A stretch of DNA of 62,418 bases, filler included, from Vannella sp. (Eukaryota): assembly GCA_023345925.1 (NCBI GenBank). It is 6 parts of 6 records of this genome, joined end to end, with 100 filler letters (N's around TTAATTAATTAA, not from the genome) between each part and the next. Parts side by side here need not be neighbours in the genome. Positions count along the whole stretch, not along the records: positions 47,676 to 56,735 come from JAJQQN010000936.1; positions 56,836 to 62,418 come from JAJQQN010001389.1; 4 more parts are not named here. One strand, 5' to 3'. Shown here in pieces: positions 53,070 to 62,418 of the stretch. Each line of letters opens with the position of its first letter. Position 1 is the first letter of the stretch. The position numbers were made by a program, and so were the translations under genes. The notes below the pieces were generated by a model. It ran no database searches. It saw only the letters and a program-made list of their open reading frames with translations, and was not told the DNA's origin.

Positions 53070-55385
53070 TTATGCCTTTTTGTTCCTTTCCGCGATGGCT
53101 TGAAGGGCGGACTTGCGTTCTGGAATGTCGTCGTTGTCTCTCATGATTCTGGGAGTGATGTACTTGGTGGAGGTTCCTCGTTTCACAAGAGGGGTCTTGA
53201 GAAGCTCGCGCAGTATTCGCTTCTTCTCCTCCAGCTTGACTCGGTCCTTCTTCAGCATGACTTCTGCATCTTCATCTTCATCCGATAGGATCTCGTTCAC
53301 GTCCATGTCAGCCTCCTCTGCCAACTCTTCAAGCCACTTAGTGTCTTCCGATCCTTTTCTTTGCTTATGCAACAAGGAATCCACCTCTCTTGCAGCATCT
53401 ACAATCCTACGGATAGGCTTGAGCATGCGCAACTCCACAGGGAAATCAGGAATGTCAGCGGTTGTCTTGTGCAAGAGTTTGCAGATCTTCCTGAAACTGG
53501 ACTCATCCGATGGGTCGACAAGCATGACACTAACACCGCTTTGAGATGCCCGAGCAGTTCTTCCACTTCGATGGACATACAATTCAGATGTCCGGGGAAT
53601 CTGATAGTGGATAACGTGGTCAACACAGGGAATGTCCAACCCACGGGCAGCAACATCCGTTGCTATCAACACACAATGCTGAAGCTCTTGGAATCGGTCC
53701 AAATTCTTCAAGCGCTGCCTCTGCTGCATCTTCGCATGAAGCGAGAAAGCTGGGAAGCGGAGCAAGCCAAACAAGGAAATAAGACGATGAAGACAATGAA
53801 TGGAATTGACGAACACTAATGTGCGTCCGGGGTACTCTTTGAGGAGATAGTACAAGTAATAGTCCTTCTCCTCGAGTAAGCAAAGGATCTTAGCTTCAGA
53901 TAACCCCGCAGCAGTCATTTGGAGGGTCGTTGTGTCAACAACTCTCCCTGCTCTCTGAAAGTCAATAGAAGAGAGGAGCCCTTCGTACGTTCCCTCTGCT
54001 CCTGAAAGCTTCTTGCCATCCTCAAAGTCCTTAATGAAGTTCGCTGTGGTCAAAGTTGCTGAGCAAATGAAAGTTTGACGAGGAACAGCCATTGTGGCCT
54101 TGGCATTGGCCCGTTCCCACATCTCTGCTGCGTCAAAGTTCCCTTCTTCCTCCTTAACAGGACCTTTCTTCTCCTTGTAAGGTGCCAGACGTTCGATTAT
54201 TGATCGAACTTCCTTAAAGTTGCCAGCCGAGATCATTCTGTCTGCTTCATCGACCACAAGGAAGCGAATGAGAGGGTAGTCACTCACTCCCTTGCCTGCC
54301 TGACTCAGCATCGCCCACAATCGACCAGGGGTGCCGACTAGCACCTCTGGCATTCCTCGGAGTAGTCTCTCCTGCTTCTGAGGTGCCATCCCACCAACAA
54401 TGGATACAACACGCACCTTAGGGAGGAAGGAGGCGGCCACCTTGAGGTTCTTGGTGATTTGGAGCGCCAACTCGCGTGTCGGAGCCAAGATCATAGCGAA
54501 AGGACGCGTGAGAGTGCCAGAATCCTTCTTCTGGTCCATCAGCTGTGCAATGATGGTCAAGATCGGAATGCCAAAGGCCAAGGTCTTGCCAGAGCCCGTC
54601 GGTGCAGCAAGAAGGACGTCCTGGCGGTTCGCCAAGGCGAGGGGGAGCACTTGCTCCTGGCAGATAGTAGGCTGTTTGATGCCCAGCTTCTCTTTGAGGG
54701 CCTGGATGATCCGCTCGTCTGCACCACACCAACGTTCAACATCGATCGCCTCCTCCTCCACAGGCTCTGCCTCCTTTTGCTTCTCTGTAGTACCATCAGC
54801 ATCTCCACCTTCCTCCTCATCAGAGTATTCGTCGTCCTGTACAACTCCAGATACCTTAACGGAGCTAAAGTCGTCTCCTTCCTCCAACTCGTAATCGTCT
54901 TCCTCATCAACGGTCTCCCCACGGGGAGGAGCCAGGATGTAGTTGATCGGTTTAGCCTTCTTTGTGTTGTCCTTTTCCTTCTTCTTCTTCTTGTCTCCTG
55001 AGGAGGGAACAGGAGCGAGGAACTTGGGCTGATCGGTCTCCTTCTCCTCCTCTTCCGGCTTTGCTTTCTTAGCAGGAGGCAAAGCCCCTGAAGTGAACAG
55101 TTGACTATAAAGAGAACCATCAAGCTCCTCCATCATGCACATCTGCGGCCCTTCATCCATGAACTCAATAGCCGAAGTGTCCAATCGCTTCCAAGGCATG
55201 TGATTGACCGACTCCAACGGATTGCGCTTCCGCTTCCCCAGCTGCTTCCCCACCGGATGTGCATCCTTCGCTAACCGTTCATTCAACTCGGTCACCTCCA
55301 ACACTTCAAAGCCTTGCGGAATCTCGTCCTCCTCCTCGACCTCCCCTCGGACCCGGCGGACTTGGGGCTTTCGGCTCTTTCCCAT
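53070..55385 (-). CDS. DDX24: DEAD-box RNA helicase DDX24/Mak5 (60S biogenesis)
   Basis: APTGSGKT, PTRELA, GGMAPQKQERLL, DEAD, RQTF..SAT, LHAKMQQRQRLKNLDRF and YVHRSGRTARA, as in the DDX24/Mak5 subfamily. Confidence 0.92.
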   Translation of the reverse strand: MGKSRKPQVRRVRGEVEEEDEIPQGFEVLEVTELNERLAKDAHPVGKQLGKRKRNPLESVNHMPWKRLDTSAIEFMDEGPQMCMMEELDGSLYSQLFTSGALPPAKKAKPEEEEKETDQPKFLAPVPSSGDKKKKKEKDNTKKAKPINYILAPPRGETVDEEDDYELEEGDDFSSVKVSGVVQDDEYSDEEEGGDADGTTEKQKEAEPVEEEAIDVERWCGADERIIQALKEKLGIKQPTICQEQVLPLALANRQDVLLAAPTGSGKTLAFGIPILTIIAQLMDQKKDSGTLTRPFAMILAPTRELALQITKNLKVAASFLPKVRVVSIVGGMAPQKQERLLRGMPEVLVGTPGRLWAMLSQAGKGVSDYPLIRFLVVDEADRMISAGNFKEVRSIIERLAPYKEKKGPVKEEEGNFDAAEMWERANAKATMAVPRQTFICSATLTTANFIKDFEDGKKLSGAEGTYEGLLSSIDFQRAGRVVDTTTLQMTAAGLSEAKILCLLEEKDYYLYYLLKEYPGRTLVFVNSIHCLHRLISLFGLLRFPAFSLHAKMQQRQRLKNLDRFQELQHCVLIATDVAARGLDIPCVDHVIHYQIPRTSELYVHRSGRTARASQSGVSVMLVDPSDESSFRKICKLLHKTTADIPDFPVELRMLKPIRRIVDAAREVDSLLHKQRKGSEDTKWLEELAEEADMDVNEILSDEDEDAEVMLKKDRVKLEEKKRILRELLKTPLVKRGTSTKYITPRIMRDNDDIPERKSALQAIAERNKKA

Positions 55386-55601
55386 GAAGAAATGATTATT
55401 CCAATGAATTAATGAATAAGAATGAAAACATCATTTTCCACTGCCCGCTTGATGGCGGAGGGCGGCTGGGCTCCGTTAAGCTTTGGGAGTGGCTTCCAGG
55501 TGCCAGAGAGAGAGTAGGTGGATATGGAGTGGTGTTTGTACTTTGGTGTGTGAGAAGGGAGCTAATGGGGGCACTGGTGCAGGCTTTCGAATGCGTTGCC
55601 G

Positions 55602-56735
55602 ATGTTTTTGATGCAGGATGTCAGTCCTTCCTTGGTTGGGCAAAGAGGCGACCAGTCTCAGGCTTCTGTTTCTTCTTTTGGGAGGCAGGAAGACCGCTGG
55701 ATGCAGCCCGAGGCTCCTCTGTTCCACCCCGAGGCGCCTCTGTTTGACCCGTACTACGCTCCTCATCCTTCCCCGACGGACAGCTTCTTCGGCTATCCTT
55801 CGAGAGCGGCACCAGGCAGTTATGCTCCTTCCCAAGGGTACTACGAGGAGTCTCCCGTGTCCGTTCCAGCGTCCCGACCTCTCTTCGGGTCGTACGATGG
55901 AGGAGAAGGACCTCAACAGGAAGAGAGATCTCCCAAGTTCATGCCTTACAGTCCCCTGAGCAATTCCTCCCCGTTCCCTGACGCAGCCCCAATGCATGGA
56001 GGACCAAGGAGTGGTGCAAGCCCTCCTCCCTTCGTAGAGACAATGCCAGTCCTATCCCTCTCTCAAAGGCAAGCCCCTCAAGCGGACCAAGCGCCCCGCA
56101 AGGCACCCAAACCAGCGCCCGCTAAAGTGGCGGAGCTTCCAGGAAGTAAGAAGAACCGGAAGCGCACCAAGTCCAAGAAGGGCAAAGTCGTTCTTTCCCT
56201 TGATAGTCTCCACTCTTTGGCGGACCCCGTGGAAGAGGAAGAGCCCCTGGACGAGAAAGCCTCGCCTGTGCTTTGGGTGGGGAACATCAGTTCGAACGTG
56301 ACGGAGGAGCAAGTGCGGGAGGAGTTCTCTGTCTTTGGTAACGTCCTTAATCTTCGTGTGCTCAAGGATAAGTGAGTTCTTGCGCCTTCTCCTGCTTGTA
56401 TTGGCTCAGTTCTGACTGGGAGAAGGTTCTGTGCCTTCGTCACCTTCGACTGCGCTCATTCTGCGGCACAAGCTAAGAAGCACTTGGATGGGGAGTTGAT
56501 TGGTGACCAATATGTGTCCATCAACTTCCGCCAGCCCAACGGAACCTTGGACAACGCCGTCACCAACCCTCCTTCCAGTTCCTTGTGGATTGGCAACGTC
56601 AGCCCTGAGCTAACTGAGTTTGATTTGAAGCAAGTGTTTGACTGCTATGGTACGGTAGAGAGCGTTCGCATGCTCAAGCCCAACTGCGCCTTCATCAACT
56701 TCTTTACGATGGACGATGCCGCCCGCGCTCTTCAC
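55602..56735 (+). CDS. Multi-RRM RNA-binding protein, 3'-truncated
   Basis: RNP2 LWVGNI and LWIGNV, RNP1 K|FCAFVTF and NCAFINF; intron 56372-56425. Confidence 0.88.
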
Positions 56736-56835
56736 NNNNNNNNNNNNNNNNNNNNNNNNNNNNNNNNNNNNNNNNNNNNTTAATTAATTAANNNNNNNNN
56801 NNNNNNNNNNNNNNNNNNNNNNNNNNNNNNNNNNN
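56736..56835. other. Artificial contig-joining spacer
   Basis: N-TTAATTAATTAA-N linker. Confidence 0.98.
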
Positions 56836-57049
56836 TTGATCTCTCCTGACCTGGGCACGAAGAACCCGAGAGAACGCGGCAGCGAAGGCATCGGGGATAA
56901 GAATAATGAATCTTAGCGGAGATAAGGAATCCAGCTTTCCACCAATCAAAACCGCCCTTTTGGATTGGCTAACCACCTTTCCAGAATAAGTGTTTTGGAG
57001 TGGGCGTTTGAATTTAAAAGGATGGTTTATTCATTTTTATTCCTCCTCG

Positions 57050-57562
57050 ATGAGTGTGAAACCGCAAGCCCCCAAGTGTCCCAAGTACGTGGTTGGGAGT
57101 GAGCGAGTGGAGGTTCTGATGGGTGGGAAGGTGTGGAAAGACAGTCTACTTTGCTGAGAAGATGAACGTCCTCAAGCAGGACTGGCATAAGACCTGGTGA
57201 GGCGGAAGGGCCGAGGTGGCTCCCAGAGTTGGAGAGCAGGGCGCTAATGGTATGGAATGGTCCCTTTTAGTGTCAAGTGCGAGAGCTGCAACAAGAAGTT
57301 GGAGCCTGGAAGCTTCTCTGACCGTGATGGGAAGATTTACTGCAAGACTTGCTACAATCAAGCTGCTGGTATTGCTGGCTATGGCTACGGTAACAGCCAG
57401 AGCTCCTTCCAAGAGTACGGCAAGGCTGAGAGCACTCTGGACAAGGGCGATGGAACTGCAACTGGCTCCGGCGCTTTGGGTACTTCTGCCTACTGCAATG
57501 GCTGTGGCAGCGTGCTCCCTACTGGCGCTCACTTCTGCCCTGGTTGTGGACGTGGCAACTAA
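57050..57562 (+). CDS. CRIP-like single LIM domain protein with Gly-rich linker and C-terminal zinc ribbon, three exons
   Basis: Spliced product PKCPK|CGKTVYFAEK..DWHKTC|VKCESC..IYCKTCY..GYGYG..CNGCG..FCPGCG; introns 57085-57130 and ~57197-57270. Confidence 0.9.
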
Positions 57563-57726
57563 GCTCTGCTTTCCATAAAGCAGCTCCCTCCTACGTAGGG
57601 ACCAAGGCTTCTTCCTCAGGCAAAGGTGAGGGAAAGGAGAGGCAAAGGAGGGTTAGTGATGGCCAACACGCACTCTGGGATGACCCAGGGCGATAAGGGA
57701 GCGCTTGGTCATTGTTTGTTTGCCAA

Positions 57727-59283
57727 ATGGAGCAGCCGAAGGAGTTCCTCGCTTGGTTGGAGTCCAACGGCTTCCAGTTGGACCCTCGTTTGGTGTTTAA
57801 GAGTGATGAGGATACAGGGCGTGGTGTATGGGCTACTGAGGCGATAGAAGAAGGCGTTTGCCTCTTCGCCATCCCTCCCAGCTGCGTCTTGTCGGCGGCG
57901 ACTTCAAATTGTCCTGTTCTAGAGACGGAGGCGGGATGTAAGCTGAGTCCTTGGACCCAATTGGCCATAGTGATAATCTACGAGTACTGCTTGAAGGACA
58001 AGAGCCACTGGTACGCCTATCTGCACCATTTCCTTCCTTTGTCTCCTTCAAAGCCGCCTACAGCATTCGCTCCGCTCTTTTGGGAGCCTTCTGAGCTTGC
58101 TTTGTTACAAGGATCAGAGAGTGAAGTTATCGCACTGGAGCAGCGACGCGATGTAGAGCAACAGTGGCTGCACGCGGCCAAATGGATTGCTCAAACGAAG
58201 GAAAGCTTGCCTGATCGTGGCTCTCTCTTCACAGAGACGATGTTCAAGCACGTATGCTTTGTGATACAGTCTTATAGCTTCACTATGAGCCGATCTGATC
58301 TCCTCCCTGAGCACCAAGCAAAGCTGCAAGCCGGGGACAAGATGGCGGAGGAGGATCCCAACAGAGATATCTCCCGTTTTGTGGGGATGTACCCCTTTGC
58401 AGATGCACTCAATCATAGCATCCCTCGCAACAACGCTCGTCTCTTCACAGGAGAGGAGGAGGAGAACAATGGCGGGACAACGGAGATGATCTCTTGCGAA
58501 GGGATCGAAAAGGACCACGAAGTCTTCAATACCTACGGCTTGGAGCTTCCCAATGCCGCTCTGTTAGTGTCTTACGGCTTTATGGAAGAGGGTAACCCGT
58601 TTAGCTTCGTTCTGGTCTCTCTGAGCGACCTTTTGAGGGCTTCTGACTTGGCTCGTTTCCCCAAACTGGCCAGTTCCATTCGTACCTTGCACGCTGCTGA
58701 GGATGCCAGTGTGGGAGAGAAGAGACCACTACCGCTTGATGATGAAGAGTTTAACCTGTGGCAGAAGAAGCGGGGGGAGCGGATTGCGGCGTTTGGAGAA
58801 TACTGTGCCGCTCGACCAGACTCCCTCTTCACTTTTGAAGGACTTTCTCACGCTTGGGAGTTCATGGCACAAGACGAGGAACCCAATCCTTCTTTCTTAG
58901 TCATCGCGCACCTTCTGATGGGTCCGAGCGAGGTTGTGGAGCCTTTGGTGAAGGAGATGGGCTCTCCTGTGGAGGAATCTAGCGAAGAGGAGCTCCCTAA
59001 GCTCTTGCAGATGTGTATTGAGTCTGAGACACTTTGGTCAGACCGAGCAGAGGCGATGTATTCTCTTCTGGAGGTCTTAGTTGAGGAGCGAATGCAAAAA
59101 TATCACTCTCGCACCCATGGAGAAGCTGATACTCGTTCCCCTGCCGAGCAGATGGCCCATCGACTCGTAGAAGAAGAAATTGACCTTCTGCAACAGTTCA
59201 TGGCCGTGCAACTCTCCAGCCTGGCTGGCAGTGAGGACGATGAAGCCAATGACGACCCCCATTCGGATGATTCTGACGATTGA
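57727..59283 (+). CDS. SET-domain protein lysine methyltransferase (SETD6/Rkm4-like)
   Basis: FLAWL, GRGVWA, SHWYAYL, QSYSF, MYPFADALNHS, EVFNTYG, LLVSYGF. Confidence 0.9.
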   Translation: MEQPKEFLAWLESNGFQLDPRLVFKSDEDTGRGVWATEAIEEGVCLFAIPPSCVLSAATSNCPVLETEAGCKLSPWTQLAIVIIYEYCLKDKSHWYAYLHHFLPLSPSKPPTAFAPLFWEPSELALLQGSESEVIALEQRRDVEQQWLHAAKWIAQTKESLPDRGSLFTETMFKHVCFVIQSYSFTMSRSDLLPEHQAKLQAGDKMAEEDPNRDISRFVGMYPFADALNHSIPRNNARLFTGEEEENNGGTTEMISCEGIEKDHEVFNTYGLELPNAALLVSYGFMEEGNPFSFVLVSLSDLLRASDLARFPKLASSIRTLHAAEDASVGEKRPLPLDDEEFNLWQKKRGERIAAFGEYCAARPDSLFTFEGLSHAWEFMAQDEEPNPSFLVIAHLLMGPSEVVEPLVKEMGSPVEESSEEELPKLLQMCIESETLWSDRAEAMYSLLEVLVEERMQKYHSRTHGEADTRSPAEQMAHRLVEEEIDLLQQFMAVQLSSLAGSEDDEANDDPHSDDSDD

Positions 59284-59336
59284 CACCGCTTCTTACACGG
59301 TTGGGAGACACGTTTAGTTCTTAAACCTCAATCACA

Positions 59337-61283
59337 TCACTTTGCGAAGAGCTCAACGTGCTGGGGGGGAATGCCGTAGTCTTTGCACAGAAAATCTTTG
59401 ATTTGGTGATTCATCTTTCCTTGGATGACCACTTCCTGGCACTTTGGCGCCCTTCCTAGTTAGTATTTGCATACCTAGAGGGCATGAGAGGAGCTTACAG
59501 GGGTGCCAGACTTGTTCTTGGTGTTGGGAATGTCGTTGATGGTCGAACTTGCAGCAAAGCGCTTGCGTAGCTCTTTGGCGATTTCTTTGGGTGATAAAAG
59601 GAAGGTCTCTAAGCCCTTGACTCGTGTCACGAACTTGTGACCGCCCCGCTTCTCCTCACGAGACTCAATGGGGACTACTTTGGTCTTGATCAGGTTGATG
59701 ACGCCATCCCGCTTGATCTCGAAGTTCTCTTGCAAACTGGCCACATACTTGAGTCCCAGTTCTTCCTTGGTAACGATGTCACCTTCCTGCTTCTGCCTGC
59801 GGAAGCAGCGCACTAAAACCTCGTCGAGTTTGACATTCATCGCGGCTTTCCCCGTGCCAGAGAGCTCCTTCATGGCAACATACTGCCATAGCGTGTCCAC
59901 AGCTTCCTTTCTGGTGTAAGCAGCAGACTTATCTGCCGCCTCGTTGACTGTGGAGAAGATGGGGAAAGCGTCCGCGGTCGGGCGGAGTAACCGAGTGATG
60001 GAGAAGCCTTTCTCTGCTGTCTGAGAAGGCGCTTCGCTCTCTATCTCTGCCTTCCGACCCTTGGCACCCCGATCAGGCTTGTAAGGAGTGAACTCGATGA
60101 AGTCTTGGTGCTCCTCGTTGATGGTGACGATTTGGATCTCTCCCTTGGGCAGTGGCTTGACTGTGACGAGGTTCTCGCGTGCCATAGCTTGCACAAACTT
60201 GGCCAGCTTCTTGTAAGTGCTGCGCTTGATGTCGATCTTGACGCCACGTGGTTGGTTCGTTTGCATGTGGAGGGAGTAGAAGACGCTGCTTGGGATGGGC
60301 AGATCGTCCTTGTTGAGGCTTGCTTTGAGTCCTTGGAGGAAGGCCATCTTAAGGGCATCTTCCATGCTGATGGAAGGGCGCTTTTCAGGCTCTTGTTCGC
60401 CGCCATCGTCCTCCTCCTCGGAAGCGGCACCTTCTTCTGGCTTCTCCTCTTCCTCTTTTGCTTCCTCGGTACTCTCTGGGGCATCTATGGGAGCTTCTGT
60501 GATCTGTTCAGCCTCTGAAGCTGCGACTGCTTCGATGTGAACCTCAGCACGAGCGGGGAGGCGAAGAGAGTCTGCAAGATAGACCAATCCCTCAGGCAGG
60601 GAGCAGTGGGGAGAAGGAGAGGTCATCCAGGCATGCAAAAACATGTGATCATTCAAGACATGTTCTATAGCAATGAGTTTGCCCCGTTTCCCATTGGCTT
60701 TGAGGTCTTCCAAGCTCATTAACGCAGAACCAACAGCGATCACCCTTTCCCCAGCGCCCAGGTGAGCCAAGCGCAGTAGCAAAGGAGCGGAATGACTCAC
60801 ATTCCATTGGAATCAGCCACTGCAAGGAAATCGCCCTCTTCCCAGCTACTCAAGGACTCAAGGTCGTCCTGTACTCCCGGCGCCATCAAATCAGCTCCTC
60901 CAATGAGGTGAGTGACCGCCCCACGGTCCACACGAAGTGTGGGCATCTGTCCAGGCACTAGCCACATCCCAAAGAGCGTGGGAAGTAGCGCTCCTTTCTT
61001 CGCAGGACGGTAAGGGCCAGAACCGAGTCATTACAAGGGTTAGACCTACGCCGTTCACATCGATGAGAACTGGACAGTCCTTGTAAGAGTAGTAAGAGAT
61101 CTTGGTTCCCTTGATCTTGGTGATATCAAAGTCCTCCGCTCGGGAAGGAATCAAACGCGCGATCTCTTCTTCCGGCAGATCATCAAAGGACAGAAGGCTC
61201 TTCCCCGCTGACACCCGCACCTTCTTCAACAGAGCTTTCTTCAACTTGGTGTTGCCTGTCACCTGAAAGGGCTTCTTGAACAT
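59337..61283 (-). CDS. EIF2D: eIF2D/ligatin (Tma64): PUA, SWIB and SUI1 domains, multi-exon
   Basis: MFKKPF N-terminus, GGADLMAPG PUA motif, IDIKRSTYKKLAKF, SUI1 motifs KFVTRVKGLETF and EVVIQG. Confidence 0.92.
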
Positions 61284-61383
61284 CCCGACAAGAAACAATG
61301 CCAACATTTCCCCTTTCTTAATAATCACATCATTATCATTTCCCCACCACCAGAGTCTCCTTCTGGTTTTCATTCTTTTCTGG

Positions 61384-61677
61384 ATGGCGGGGAGGCTGGT
61401 CTCGCTCTTGCTTGGGTTTGCAAGTAGAACGTTCTCTCGGACAGGGGAACAGCATCTGAGACGGCATGTGGTGGACAAGCTGGCGGACAACGAGTCTTTC
61501 CAGAAGTTTGTGGTGACTACCAACAAAGCTGTCGCTAAGAACACCAAACTGGCTCAAGGGGCTTTGGAGGACTCGATGGCTAAGCTACCTGAACCTGGTT
61601 CGGTGCTGGGGACGGCGAAGGACTTTGTTCATCTCTTCAAAGAGGAACTAAAGAAGGATCTCCGGCGTAAAGAGTGA
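61384..61677 (+). CDS. Small conserved protein resembling the NCBP2-AS2/Mrx7 microprotein family
   Basis: VVDKLADNESFQKFVVTT and C-terminal FKEELKK pattern; divergent from eIF2D across 100 bp. Confidence 0.55.
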   Translation: MAGRLVSLLLGFASRTFSRTGEQHLRRHVVDKLADNESFQKFVVTTNKAVAKNTKLAQGALEDSMAKLPEPGSVLGTAKDFVHLFKEELKKDLRRKE

Positions 61678-61959
61678 TCCGCATTGTACTAAACCCCTCT
61701 CTTCTTCTATCTCTTTCCTCTCCCTCCTTCGCTGAGCGCTTCTGTAGTCCTTGCCACATTCGAGACATCCTGGTGGATAAGAATCGACATCTCTGACTAG
61801 GTTCCCTGATGACCTCCATCTGGATAGGCTTCGAATGAGGGGGGAAAGACCCTCCCCCGCTCATGTCGCTCCAAGATGAGTATTCAAGAATGAGAATGTT
61901 TATTTGGCGAGAGGAAAGAGAAGAGGGCAAAAGAGGGCAAAAGAGGAAGGAAGTTAAGG

Positions 61960-62418
61960 TTAAGCAGCGCCACGAGTGAGGCGTTGTTTGATGGTGGAGT
62001 CGAGCCTGCGAGCATCAACTCGGACTTTGATCTCTGATACAAGAACGCAGAAGATCACCAGGACGATGGCAGCGGACACAAGAGCGAGTGAGATCCAGGC
62101 AAGAACGTTGCTGGGGGATGATCCGCACGGATTCCCGCTTCCCCCCGAAGCGGCACCTCCCAAAAGCAACGCAAAGTTGGTCAAATGGCTGGTGGAGCCA
62201 CACACCAGGCCATTCGTCTTGGTCTTGGCCAAGCAGCGATCTTCACATCTCCAGCGTTGCTTCTCTTCATCATAATAGCTCAAACAAGCGTCTTTCCGCG
62301 CCCCTCCGGACTGGCCTGCCTCTGGCAGACACACAGTGAGGGGTTCCGCCAGTTGGGTAATCTGGGTTCCAGATTCATCGCGCAAAGTGATGTCCAAGAT
62401 GGTGCCCGCCAGCTCCTG
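61960..62418 (-). CDS. C-terminus of a single-pass membrane protein with GAIN/GPS autoproteolysis motif (5'-truncated)
   Basis: CLSYYD..W.C..C...CGSTSHL|TNFALLL, then one TM helix (LAWISLALVSAAIVLVIFCVLV) and a short basic tail. Confidence 0.85.
   Translation of the reverse strand, partial: QELAGTILDITLRDESGTQITQLAEPLTVCLPEAGQSGGARKDACLSYYDEEKQRWRCEDRCLAKTKTNGLVCGSTSHLTNFALLLGGAASGGSGNPCGSSPSNVLAWISLALVSAAIVLVIFCVLVSEIKVRVDARRLDSTIKQRLTRGAA

Noticed and set aside
17073..56835. Five recurring TTAATTAATTAA palindromes flanked by Ns
   Set aside because: Identical 100-nt linkers with stops in all frames; a contig-concatenation artefact, not a biological repeat or CRISPR.

Overview
Eukaryotic, very gene-dense protist DNA read in the standard code, with short (~44-61 nt) GT-AG introns and tiny intergenic gaps. 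Gene content (AOAH, IQ-DH-PH-RhoGAP, single-pass GAIN protein) suggests a bacterivorous amoeboid lineage such as Amoebozoa (inference). The window is six contigs joined by artificial 100-nt N/TTAATTAATTAA/N spacers, so adjacency across spacers means nothing. About 30 protein genes are recognisable: RhoGEF-RhoGAP, spastizin, CHD remodeler, cytosine deaminase, AOAH, ER DnaJ, Sec7 ArfGEF, PhyH dioxygenase, MAP65, VPS13, GPx, aldehyde oxidase/XDH, CAP, His-phosphatase, LysRS, DDX24, LIM, SETD6-like and eIF2D. There is also one tRNA-Leu(CAG). The most notable finding is a duplicated two-gene cassette (B-A-B-A) of four intronless bacterial-type YbjN/T3SS-chaperone-fold genes, each with a TGCACCC motif just upstream. 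Also notable: a perfect 23-bp inverted repeat pairing the tRNA 5' end with the upstream gene's stop/3'UTR, an SH3-RPEL-Sec7-PH ArfGEF, and frequent AAG splice acceptors. All family calls come from motif recognition by eye; no database searches were run.
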